A stretch of 64,000 bases of DNA from Nostoc sp. GTDB lineage: Bacteria; Cyanobacteriota; Cyanobacteriia; Cyanobacteriales; Nostocaceae. The notes below the pieces were generated by a model, which made no database searches, was not told the origin of the DNA, and saw only the letters and a list, made by a program, of their open reading frames with translations. The number at the start of each line of letters is the position of its first letter. Position 1 is the stretch's first letter. The stretch lies in assembly GCA_036918135.1 (NCBI GenBank), contig JBALDB010000009.1:32001-96000 (forward strand), in the 5' to 3' direction. Shown here piece by piece: positions 17,362 to 26,161 of the stretch. Made by a program: the position numbers and the translations under genes.

Positions 17362-19649
17362 GATGTGAAATAACTAAAAGTATAGTTTATCAAATTCGCT
17401 CCGCTCAAATTCAGTATTAGTGCTGAATTTGTATCTAATTGAAATTCTCTATTGGGGAAAAAGTTGAGAACCAATCCGTCTCCCTGATTGGGGCACAATA
17501 TTCTTTCTTTGGTATTCGTCCCAGATTTAATAATTACTGTTGTTGCCGTGCTTGCCTCTAGCTGTACTTTTAGATAATTAATTTTGATTGATAGTCCCGT
17601 ACCAGGAGCGTTAATCAAAGTGTTGTCACCGCTGGTACTAAGAGTGCCGCTGATTGTAGTGATACTCGGTCTAGCAAAAATAGCATAAATTGCCGATAGC
17701 CAACCAAATAACCCCACGCCACCTGTAGGCATAGTTACGCCAGTTATTGCAGCATTGCCAATCCTGTCGCGGATAGCAGTGGCAATTGCATCGTCAGTAG
17801 CAATATTTATAGGAACGGAATTAGCTGTGGTATTGGTTCCTAAAGCTGGAGTTTTGTTATCAATTGAAGTCAGCTTAATATTTGTAACTCCTTGCAGTGT
17901 TCCGGTTGCCGGATCGGAGTTGAGATTTGAAATGGCAACCGTCCAAGGGCCTATTTGTCTCGCCCCGATAGTTTCATCGGCTCTTTCAAGATTTCCAAGG
18001 GTGGGGGCAGAACTCAAGATTGTGCCAGCAGTCAAGTTAAGCCAAAGGAAAGTCGCACTGGGAGTACCGCTATTTGCATCTAATATCGCAACCCTAGATA
18101 GTAAGTCACCGACTGAGTAACCAGTACCAGAAGTGATAACGTCATAAAAGCCATCTATTACATCTTTGTCAACAGTTGATAGCGGTCTTAATCCTGCACC
18201 CGGCGTCGCAGCATTACCCGTTGCATCTGTAAACGAAACAGTTACAGTTCCTAATCCTTCATTAACGCTATCTCTGCGAACGTAAAAACTTCCTGAGTTA
18301 TCAGTCCAGATACTAGTAGCTAAATCAATCGTAGCCTTGATAGCATCCCGAATTTGTACTAATGTTGCGTCTGTTGCTAGAGTTCCTGCGCTGCCAATAT
18401 TAGCCGTTACCGTTCCAGTTACGGGTATTGAAGAATTGCTGATAGCGACAGTTCCAGTTACTTTGAGCGCATCGCTAATCAAAGTCAGAACGGGAATGCG
18501 ATCGCTAAATAATTTCCAAATTGCCGAGAGCCAACCGAGCAACCCTAACCCACCCGCAGGCATTGAAGCCCCAGTAATCGCACTTCCAATACTATTAACA
18601 AAGACTCCATCTGTTGCTAAAGTTACAGGAACCGAATTAGCTGCTGTATTAGCACCCAAGGCAGGAATTTTTAAATTAATTGCACCTAAAGTTGTTTCGG
18701 TCGCTGCATTATTTGGCAAATTAATTGTCCAGCTTCCAACCTGCCGCACTCCAACATTTTCACTAGCTACTTCAACATTTGAATTTATGGGCGCAGAATT
18801 TAATATTGTGCCTAAACTTAGATTAATCCAAGTAACCGTAACAGAAGAAGTTCCAGCATTATTAACGTCGAGAATGGCAACTCTAGCTAGCAGGTCGCCA
18901 ATCGAATAGCCCGTACCGGAAGCGGTTACATCGTAAAAAGCTGTTAGAACATCCTTATCGCTAGTTGCTAACGGTCTTAACCCTGCCCCCGGCGTTGCAG
19001 CATTACCCGCAGGGTCGGTAAAAGAGTAACTGATTGCACCAGTTCCTTCATTTACCAAATCTTTCCTAATATAAAAGGCTCCCGAATTATCGGTCCACAA
19101 AGTCGAGGCAATATTAATCTGGGCCCTGATGGCATCCCGAACCTGTTGAAGGGTTATTTCGGTTGCCAAGCTCCCAGAAGTTCCAATATTAGCTGTTATT
19201 GTGCCGGAAACTGGTTGCGTGACCCCACTGCCGTCAACTGGAATTCGCCCGGTAACTAAAGCTGGAATTCTTTGGGTGAGAAACAAATAGATGGCAGATA
19301 GCCACCCCCTACCACTCGTACCGCCAGCAGGCATAGAAGCACCAGTAATGTCGGTTCCTTCTTTAAGCCCATCACTGCTCACGGGAATTTTCCCACTAAC
19401 TAACTGGGGAAGGCGAACGCTAATTAATACCCAAAGCGCACTGAGCCATCCCAGCCATCCCTGACCCCCTTGAGGCATTTGGGCGTCGTCAACTGGAGAA
19501 CCTTGGATATTGTCATATATGTTTAATAAAGTCTCTTCAGTTGCTCCCTCGCTACCGTTCTGGTTCTGGTTGATGACGAGATTGCCGTTATCATCTACAC
19601 TTACAGGTTTCCTTTTTCCAGAAGAAGTTATCCCTTCTAGTAAAACCAT
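17358..19649 (-). CDS. Repetitive tail-fibre/adhesin-like protein
   Basis: G/T/S-rich; about 263-aa internal duplication (GNAATPGAGLRPL twice); MPxGGxxxxGWLSA four times. Confidence 0.65.
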   Translation of the reverse strand: MVLLEGITSSGKRKPVSVDDNGNLVINQNQNGSEGATEETLLNIYDNIQGSPVDDAQMPQGGQGWLGWLSALWVLISVRLPQLVSGKIPVSSDGLKEGTDITGASMPAGGTSGRGWLSAIYLFLTQRIPALVTGRIPVDGSGVTQPVSGTITANIGTSGSLATEITLQQVRDAIRAQINIASTLWTDNSGAFYIRKDLVNEGTGAISYSFTDPAGNAATPGAGLRPLATSDKDVLTAFYDVTASGTGYSIGDLLARVAILDVNNAGTSSVTVTWINLSLGTILNSAPINSNVEVASENVGVRQVGSWTINLPNNAATETTLGAINLKIPALGANTAANSVPVTLATDGVFVNSIGSAITGASMPAGGLGLLGWLSAIWKLFSDRIPVLTLISDALKVTGTVAISNSSIPVTGTVTANIGSAGTLATDATLVQIRDAIKATIDLATSIWTDNSGSFYVRRDSVNEGLGTVTVSFTDATGNAATPGAGLRPLSTVDKDVIDGFYDVITSGTGYSVGDLLSRVAILDANSGTPSATFLWLNLTAGTILSSAPTLGNLERADETIGARQIGPWTVAISNLNSDPATGTLQGVTNIKLTSIDNKTPALGTNTTANSVPINIATDDAIATAIRDRIGNAAITGVTMPTGGVGLFGWLSAIYAIFARPSITTISGTLSTSGDNTLINAPGTGLSIKINYLKVQLEASTATTVIIKSGTNTKERILCPNQGDGLVLNFFPNREFQLDTNSALILNLSGANLINYTFSYFTS

Positions 19650-19722
19650 ACTTCTCCTCGCTGTATGCCATATTCTTTTATAGTTGTAAAAAAAACTTTT
19701 TCAAATACGAAAATATAATTAG

Positions 19723-22080
19723 ATGAGCGTTAATGTTTCTGCTAGAAGTACCCGAATACTTATTGGGGCAAAAGATTTCTCATCATGTTTTGTTTCATTT
19801 CAAGGCTCAGATTCACATCTCGACCAAAGCGGTTTGATTGCTTTTACTGGTTCCATAACCTTGGGGCGATCGCTAGGCTTTGATGAGTCGTTAGATGACC
19901 GAAAAAACTCTCGCTTTTTTCGCGGTCAGGTCATTACAATTGAGATTCAAGATAGTCAAGGGATATTTAGAAAACACCCTAGAGGTGCGCTCAGGATCAT
20001 TTCACCCAAGTACAGCGATGACTCTCAAAGACTGACTATCGATGTCGGCGATTTAATTAGTCTCCTCAATTTTCGAGAACCGACAGACCCAAGTAAAATG
20101 GAAATCAAGTTAGGACAAAATACTACTGCCGGACAGATAATTCAAAGGTTATTATTAGCGGCTGGAATTACTGCTATCGGTGGTATTTTACCGAATACAA
20201 TAATCAACTACCCAATTAATTTATCCGGCAGCTACTTAGCTAATGCTGGAAAAATTCTATATGCCAACAATCTATTTGGCTGGATAGATAAAAATGAAGT
20301 TTTTCAAATTCGACCTGCTAACATTGCGGCAGTTACACCCGCTGTTACTGTCATCATTGGTCGCGATGAAGTTTGGTACAAACGCCTCGATTCGGCTGAA
20401 TCTCCCTGCGATATTGTCAAAGCTGTAGGCAGGTGTACGATTATTCGTCCTACTACTTTTCGCGATGATACTACAGAACAATATGGCGCAGCTACTCTTG
20501 TCGATAAAAGTGCTGGCTCTAATACGATTACTATTAAAAGTACTACCATCAAAGAAAATTGGCTTCCTGGACAGAAGCTTTTAATAACTACAACCACAAC
20601 CAAGCAACCGATTGGATTAGTAATCCCCAAAGAACTATTAAATAGTAGCGGCTCAAAATTACAACTTATTAAGTCTGAAGTTAAAGTAGAAACTAGCTAT
20701 TATGAACAAGATGCTGAAGGAAAGTTAAAAAAGAAAACTACTTTGACTAATGGGTTGTTAGCTCCTGCGATACTGGAGTTCGCCAAAATAAAAACTAATT
20801 ACTTCTTTAATATTTTTTCTTTAACAGAATCTTATAAAGATTCATATTCTTATGAGTATGATGTCAAAGATAGACTCAGAAAAGTTGTTACTGAGGTTTC
20901 TGAAATTGCGGGAAACTTATTATCTGGCACTGAGGAAGATTGGTCTAAATGGATTTTCCCCCCAAACTTTTTAACTCAAGCAGAAAGTAAAACTGAGACT
21001 TGGGAAGAAACTAGCAAAGATATTTGGGAATACGAATACTATACTTACCAACCTCTAATTAAGGTAAAGCCGGACTTAGCCGAGGTCGGCAGCGAAACTG
21101 GTACTCAGGGGCCTACAAGCAATAAGTTGGATTTACTTTACGCCGATGGTTCCCGGCAAACCTCCAATTCCGGGCAGCTCGCGCCACCAGCCCCGGAAAG
21201 AGAACCAGCACCGTTTACCGCTGAAGAAGAAGATTTAGAAGAAAAAGTCACCTTCTTAATTCTGGGCGGCAACAGTAATCTTCGTCCCCGCGAACGAGTT
21301 TTTACGGTCGAGTGTTTGGCAAGCGTTACCAAGCCAGGACTCAAAAGAGGGGAAGTAACGGTATCTTTGGGTACGACTCAGGCAAACAATCAACTTAGAG
21401 CGATCGCGCAGCGCGAAGGAAGGTTGCAATGGGGGCGCTACAAAGGTCAGCAAATCGCTGTTGCTTTAAGCGATATTTGGTTTGATTACCACCCACTCTT
21501 TGAAATCAAATCAGTAGAAAAAGATGGCACACAGCAAGCTTTCTTAGCAGATGGATGCAGCTGGGTAGTCGGACAAACCCGCGTCTTGGTAAGTTGCGAT
21601 GCTATTTGGCTGGGGAGTTGGCAAGCAACACCTAGTCTAGAGCCTTACGTTGCCCCGCCCTACTATGAAGTTCCTACCCTAGATTTCGGCTTGGGTATGG
21701 GCGCTAGCTTCAACAGTTATGCGTACCAACTTACTTCCACCCCCCACACCACTCAAGCTGGACTGGGATTAGCTAGCACTTGGCTGAGTATCAGCATTGA
21801 GCCGCCAACTTTAAGCTTGACCTGGAATACCGTAGATTGGGATTCTCTATCTGCACAAGCTTGGAACTCGATTGCGGCTGACGACAATTACACCCAAGAC
21901 TGGGATGCCCTGGAGTGGGATGCCTTATCTGCACAAGTTTGGGATGCGATCGTTAATGGCAATCATTGGGAAACTCATAATTGGGAAGCTTTGGATAGTT
22001 CGAGATGGGACGCATTGAACAATCTTAGCTATTGGGAAATAGCGAACTGGGAATACTTGGATTGGGAAAATTTGGTCTAG
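19723..22080 (+). CDS. Large putative structural (tail hub-like) protein with Trp-periodic acidic C-terminus
   Basis: 785 aa, Thr-rich; tail ...WDALEWDALSAQVWDAI... Confidence 0.55.
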   Translation: MSVNVSARSTRILIGAKDFSSCFVSFQGSDSHLDQSGLIAFTGSITLGRSLGFDESLDDRKNSRFFRGQVITIEIQDSQGIFRKHPRGALRIISPKYSDDSQRLTIDVGDLISLLNFREPTDPSKMEIKLGQNTTAGQIIQRLLLAAGITAIGGILPNTIINYPINLSGSYLANAGKILYANNLFGWIDKNEVFQIRPANIAAVTPAVTVIIGRDEVWYKRLDSAESPCDIVKAVGRCTIIRPTTFRDDTTEQYGAATLVDKSAGSNTITIKSTTIKENWLPGQKLLITTTTTKQPIGLVIPKELLNSSGSKLQLIKSEVKVETSYYEQDAEGKLKKKTTLTNGLLAPAILEFAKIKTNYFFNIFSLTESYKDSYSYEYDVKDRLRKVVTEVSEIAGNLLSGTEEDWSKWIFPPNFLTQAESKTETWEETSKDIWEYEYYTYQPLIKVKPDLAEVGSETGTQGPTSNKLDLLYADGSRQTSNSGQLAPPAPEREPAPFTAEEEDLEEKVTFLILGGNSNLRPRERVFTVECLASVTKPGLKRGEVTVSLGTTQANNQLRAIAQREGRLQWGRYKGQQIAVALSDIWFDYHPLFEIKSVEKDGTQQAFLADGCSWVVGQTRVLVSCDAIWLGSWQATPSLEPYVAPPYYEVPTLDFGLGMGASFNSYAYQLTSTPHTTQAGLGLASTWLSISIEPPTLSLTWNTVDWDSLSAQAWNSIAADDNYTQDWDALEWDALSAQVWDAIVNGNHWETHNWEALDSSRWDALNNLSYWEIANWEYLDWENLV

Positions 22081-22133
22081 TGACTGGTGACTGGGTGATT
22101 GTAATGACTGACAATTAATATATGACTTAAGCT

Positions 22134-22838
22134 ATGACACAAGCAATCTTTACTAACGCCTGGATTTCACAAACAGCTAAAACGATGTTTCGCGGCGCTG
22201 CCCCGCCTGTATCAAATAAGTTTTATATCGGACTAGCACAGACAGATAGCCTAAGTAGAAATAGCCCTCTTGCTAGCTTTATTAGTAACGAGCTATCCAG
22301 TGCAGACTATACTAGACTCCAATTCAATTTGGCTGACGATGGCGGCTACAATACTAATACTAATCGTCACGAGTTTTCACCAGTCACAATTACATTTACA
22401 CCCAGTACGACCACTTGGCAGTTTCAAACTGCTTTTCTATTAGCTAACGGGCATTCTGTTGCCAGTATGGGATTTAGTAGTAGCGATGTGAATTCAGCAA
22501 CCAATCGTATTACTATTAGTAATCATCCCTGGACGAGCGGCGATCGCTTAGTTTTCACTGCCGACGACCTCGCTACTTTACCGACAGGAATCGATGCCGG
22601 AACAATTTATCAAGTCCTGTCGCCAACTACCAATGATTTTGCACTTGCTCTTGTCAATTCATCAGTTGCTATTGATATTCAAAATACTGGTTCTAGTACT
22701 TTTCGCGCTCGTTCTGCCAATGGAATAATTGCTACTTTTGCAATCGAACCTAGCTTGATTACTTTGTTGCCAGGACAACCTCACAGCTACCAAATCCCCA
22801 TTGCACTTATGAATACAGGTTACGTTAACGGAAGCTAA
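22134..22838 (+). CDS. Putative phage tail-associated protein
   Basis: FYIGL...EL..ADYTR...ITF pattern and a ITISNHPWTSGDRLVF...LPTGI...Y beta-barrel repeat. Confidence 0.55.
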   Translation: MTQAIFTNAWISQTAKTMFRGAAPPVSNKFYIGLAQTDSLSRNSPLASFISNELSSADYTRLQFNLADDGGYNTNTNRHEFSPVTITFTPSTTTWQFQTAFLLANGHSVASMGFSSSDVNSATNRITISNHPWTSGDRLVFTADDLATLPTGIDAGTIYQVLSPTTNDFALALVNSSVAIDIQNTGSSTFRARSANGIIATFAIEPSLITLLPGQPHSYQIPIALMNTGYVNGS

Positions 22839-23800
22839 TGCAAGAAGAGGAACTTTTAAAGCAGCAAACTCAATTCAATCGCCTCCAATTTGAAAGCCGT
22901 TTAGCTGATACTAATACTAACGAATCTGTAGCAACCAAATATCTCGGCTACGACCCAGACCAGAGACTAGCTAAACTTCAAGATACTAACGGGAATGTTT
23001 TCTACGCAAAGGCTAATACCAATGGTTCAGTCGCTCGTGGACAAGATGTTAGACTGCGCCGAGGCTATGGGCTACCTGGTTATGATGCCATGCCTTGTTA
23101 TAAAGCACCAATCCAACAGCCAATTACAAAAAAACCTATTCCACCGACTTACTACTTTGCTGCTTATACAGCAAGTTATGGATACTTTCTAGATACTTTC
23201 GGTGTCAGTTTTACAAAGCAAATTCAAGGCTCGGACGAAAAAATTATTGTTGACAATACTATAAGTTTTCAAAACAATGGCAGCTACAAATCCTTTACTT
23301 ACTTTTCTTTCCAGCCATTCATCCCTCTACTAACACTAACTACCTTTGTAACACTAGGATTTATAGAGCTAAAAGAAAATCAAGCTATACAAAATGTCAA
23401 GCTGAAGTTAAAAATTAGTACCTCGTATTCTCTGACAAATCTTGATATTGCTTACTTCGTCAACAAAAGCAATGCCACGATAGTGGAATCAGTACCGTCT
23501 CCTCTCTACCTTTATTTGGGAAAAAACTCAACTAATATATTTAGCGTATACGGCGATGGTTCCTATGGCTCTAGAGAACTTGAGATTGAACTGACAGCCA
23601 ATGATTTTAGTCCTTTAGAACTTGGAGAGCAACAAACAACTCTTATCCTTGGAGGCTATATTAGAGCGCAAGATTCTATTTTTTATGGTGGTGTAGGTCA
23701 TGGGGCAATAGCTTCAATCTCACATCATCTAGAGATAAAAATAGAATCAGTGAATTCCAAAATCATGAATTTAAAGCGTAAACTCCTCCAAGAACAATGA
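22838..23800 (+). CDS. Putative structural protein; N-terminus paralogous to 23797-24081
   Basis: Coupled ORF; GYDP...NG.V.YAKA.TN. Confidence 0.55.
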   Translation: MQEEELLKQQTQFNRLQFESRLADTNTNESVATKYLGYDPDQRLAKLQDTNGNVFYAKANTNGSVARGQDVRLRRGYGLPGYDAMPCYKAPIQQPITKKPIPPTYYFAAYTASYGYFLDTFGVSFTKQIQGSDEKIIVDNTISFQNNGSYKSFTYFSFQPFIPLLTLTTFVTLGFIELKENQAIQNVKLKLKISTSYSLTNLDIAYFVNKSNATIVESVPSPLYLYLGKNSTNIFSVYGDGSYGSRELEIELTANDFSPLELGEQQTTLILGGYIRAQDSIFYGGVGHGAIASISHHLEIKIESVNSKIMNLKRKLLQEQ

Positions 23801-24081
23801 ACGAATTAGAACTTCTAAACCAAGCTAGTTTAGCAAACCGTACTACCTTTTATAACAGAACACTTCAAGCTCAAACATCTCGCGATCGCGCTCAGGAACA
23901 ACAAGTTCAAATCATTAGTTACGACCCTAGTCTTGGAGGGTATAACGTAAAACATCCTAATGGAACGGTTGGTTTTGCCAAGGCAATTTCTAATAGTTCT
24001 AACTTACACAAAGGTGCTTATGTTAGCTTGGTGCAGCCTAGTGCAACCCAAACAGCAACCATCGACACAACCCCCAGATAA
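23797..24081 (+). CDS. Small putative structural protein (OB-fold-like)
   Basis: SYDP...NGTVGFAKAISN; coupled. Confidence 0.55.
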   Translation: MNELELLNQASLANRTTFYNRTLQAQTSRDRAQEQQVQIISYDPSLGGYNVKHPNGTVGFAKAISNSSNLHKGAYVSLVQPSATQTATIDTTPR

Positions 24082-24092
24082 CACCTACTAGA

Positions 24093-24695
24093 ATGTCTCC
24101 ACTCACCGGATATTTCATAGCAGATAAAGAAGCAATCAAAGCGCTTACGCCCAGTCAACGGGCAAACGGTTACACGCGCTCGACAACCGTCAATAATGAT
24201 ATTGAGTGGTACGGTTTTGTCGCGGCATCCACAGCGACACCAGATGATGATTTGGTACTGATGCCCAATGACAACCCAGCTAACGGCCGCTGGCATAAAT
24301 ACGCCGGCAATCGGGGGGGTGGCATCGGGGGAAAAATAATTTGTACTTCCCAGTGTTCGAGTGCCGCTGGTGGCAGTGGTAAAGCTTTCCAGTTCTACTC
24401 GCCTCAAGCTGGGCTACAAATGCTCATACTGCCAGGTTTCGACATCAGCATCCTAAACGTTAGCGACGCTATTAGGGTATACCGTTGGTCGCAAGAACCC
24501 AATACCAATGGAACCGGACAAGAAGCCAACCCAATTATTCAGCTACCAAAAACCGGGGGCAAGTTCAGTGTCAATATCACCTCAACTTATCGCTGGATAT
24601 CTGTGTACGCGAGAAATCCAAGCAATAACAATTGGCTAGACGGGACTTGCTTTACCGTGAGTGGTAACGTAATCAGCTTATTAGGGTACTCGTAA
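24093..24695 (+). CDS. Tailspike N-terminal-like protein
   Basis: ASTATPDDDLVLMPNDNPANGRWHK resembles the DD..V..P...GRW motif of tailspike N-terminal domains. Confidence 0.5.
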   Translation: MSPLTGYFIADKEAIKALTPSQRANGYTRSTTVNNDIEWYGFVAASTATPDDDLVLMPNDNPANGRWHKYAGNRGGGIGGKIICTSQCSSAAGGSGKAFQFYSPQAGLQMLILPGFDISILNVSDAIRVYRWSQEPNTNGTGQEANPIIQLPKTGGKFSVNITSTYRWISVYARNPSNNNWLDGTCFTVSGNVISLLGYS

Positions 24696-25537
24696 TGAAG
24701 CTTATTTATACCATCTTAGAAGTAATGGTTTCAGTCGTTTGTGCCTTAGTGGTGGCGCTAATAATTATTCCTTTACATTTGATGTTTACACCTTTGGCTC
24801 GTCGTCAAAAACTACAAACAAGCGATCGCCCACTGGATAACGCCATAGATAACGGTATAACTCTAATCTTGGCAAGAATCGTCACCTTGCTACCAGATTA
24901 CCTCACCTTACTAAAGAAGCTAGAAGTCGGCGTATTTTTCTTTTGCTGGCGATCGCACCGCGAAGCCAAAGCAATGCCAGCCCACCAAGCAAGACTCTGC
25001 GGAAGTTTGGCAGACACGTTAAAAGAGCAGGCACTCTCTGAATACAACCACGCTCAGGTTTTTTGTCAACTCACTGGTAGCAAGCTGAATATGTCTGGTG
25101 CGGGGTTAATGTCCCGCGAAGAAAAAGCAGCCTTTGACTGGGGTTGTGTCAACTGGGATTCTAGCGGTGAATCTTACCAAGTTGACGGCATGAGTACCCG
25201 ATATCTAGCGGCGAAAATCTTTTTTGGCTTTCGTACTGCCAACTCTTACGATTGGTGCGATCGTCTTGCTTTCATGTATGTCTTAGAAGAACTTCAAGCG
25301 CTGTTCTATAAGCATCTTCTAAGATTTGTCGAGCCAGAAGTTAGAGAACAATTAGCTCTAATTGCAGAACACGAAGAAACCCATGCAATCAATCTTTCTG
25401 GTCTGCTATGGGGTATCAAAGGAGTTGGAGGGAGCGCAAAAGTAGTATTTTGGTGGCAAGTGCGGAAGTATTTAGCAATGACCTTGCTGCCGATTGATAC
25501 AGCTATTTATTATTTATTAAAGTATTCCAAACTATGA
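24695..25537 (+). CDS. Membrane-anchored ferritin-like (di-iron) protein
   Basis: N-terminal TM helix; LEVG...SEYNHA...LEEL...HEETHA (E/ExxH twice). Confidence 0.65.
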   Translation: MKLIYTILEVMVSVVCALVVALIIIPLHLMFTPLARRQKLQTSDRPLDNAIDNGITLILARIVTLLPDYLTLLKKLEVGVFFFCWRSHREAKAMPAHQARLCGSLADTLKEQALSEYNHAQVFCQLTGSKLNMSGAGLMSREEKAAFDWGCVNWDSSGESYQVDGMSTRYLAAKIFFGFRTANSYDWCDRLAFMYVLEELQALFYKHLLRFVEPEVREQLALIAEHEETHAINLSGLLWGIKGVGGSAKVVFWWQVRKYLAMTLLPIDTAIYYLLKYSKL

Positions 25538-25758
25538 AAATACCAAACTTAGTCGTGTATTTACTAATAGTTTTTTATTTCATCCAAACAATGATAGTGG
25601 GTGCATTTTGTTGCCTAATATTCTTCCCGCAACTTGGATTGAATTATCAAATTACTCAAAGGGTAATTTACCAAGAGCTAACAATTGTCCGTAAAGACAT
25701 TTACATTGTACCAGCTATACCTGATAGGCAAGAAAAACGCGATCGCTTAAATGCCTAA
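25534..25758 (+). CDS. Small membrane protein
   Basis: Hydrophobic N-terminus; overlaps the upstream stop. Confidence 0.45.
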   Translation: MKIPNLVVYLLIVFYFIQTMIVGAFCCLIFFPQLGLNYQITQRVIYQELTIVRKDIYIVPAIPDRQEKRDRLNA

Positions 25759-26042
25759 TTATAATAACCAGCTTCTACAATACTTTTATATTGCCGAACG
25801 GGCATCGGAATATTGCGAACCCAAAAGCCAAAGTCACCTTTGGAGGCATGTAAAACTGAGTGTAGGTAGTAGTAAATTTCTCGATTAGTAACTTTATCTA
25901 TGAGACGGCAGCGCCTACCCCAAGTAGCAGAGCTGACAACTTCTGGACTAAGCAAAATAAGTTTACCTTCAACGACTTTTACAAAGTTTTCAGAACTAAG
26001 TATGATTGTTAAAAAGTATTGATTATCAGCAATTATTTCCAC
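25755..26042 (-). CDS. Hypothetical protein
   Basis: 95-aa ORF with GTG start. Confidence 0.45.
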   Translation of the reverse strand: MEIIADNQYFLTIILSSENFVKVVEGKLILLSPEVVSSATWGRRCRLIDKVTNREIYYYLHSVLHASKGDFGFWVRNIPMPVRQYKSIVEAGYYN

Positions 26043-26119
26043 AGTTTATTTAACGATCGCGTCCAATACGATTCATAAAATCAATACATTCTTGTTGCAG
26101 CGCTTCTATTCTAAAATTG

Positions 26120-26154
26120 CAGTGTTCTTGTTCAAGATGGACACAAGAACACTG
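26120..26154. terminator. 12-bp inverted repeat downstream of the ParB-HTH gene
   Basis: CAGTGTTCTTGT-11 nt-ACAAGAACACTG. Confidence 0.45.
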
Positions 26155-26161
26155 TTTGATT

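Noticed and set aside
17358..19649. Diversity-generating retroelement TR/VR pair
   Set aside because: The duplication is in-frame and differs at all base types; no reverse transcriptase in the window
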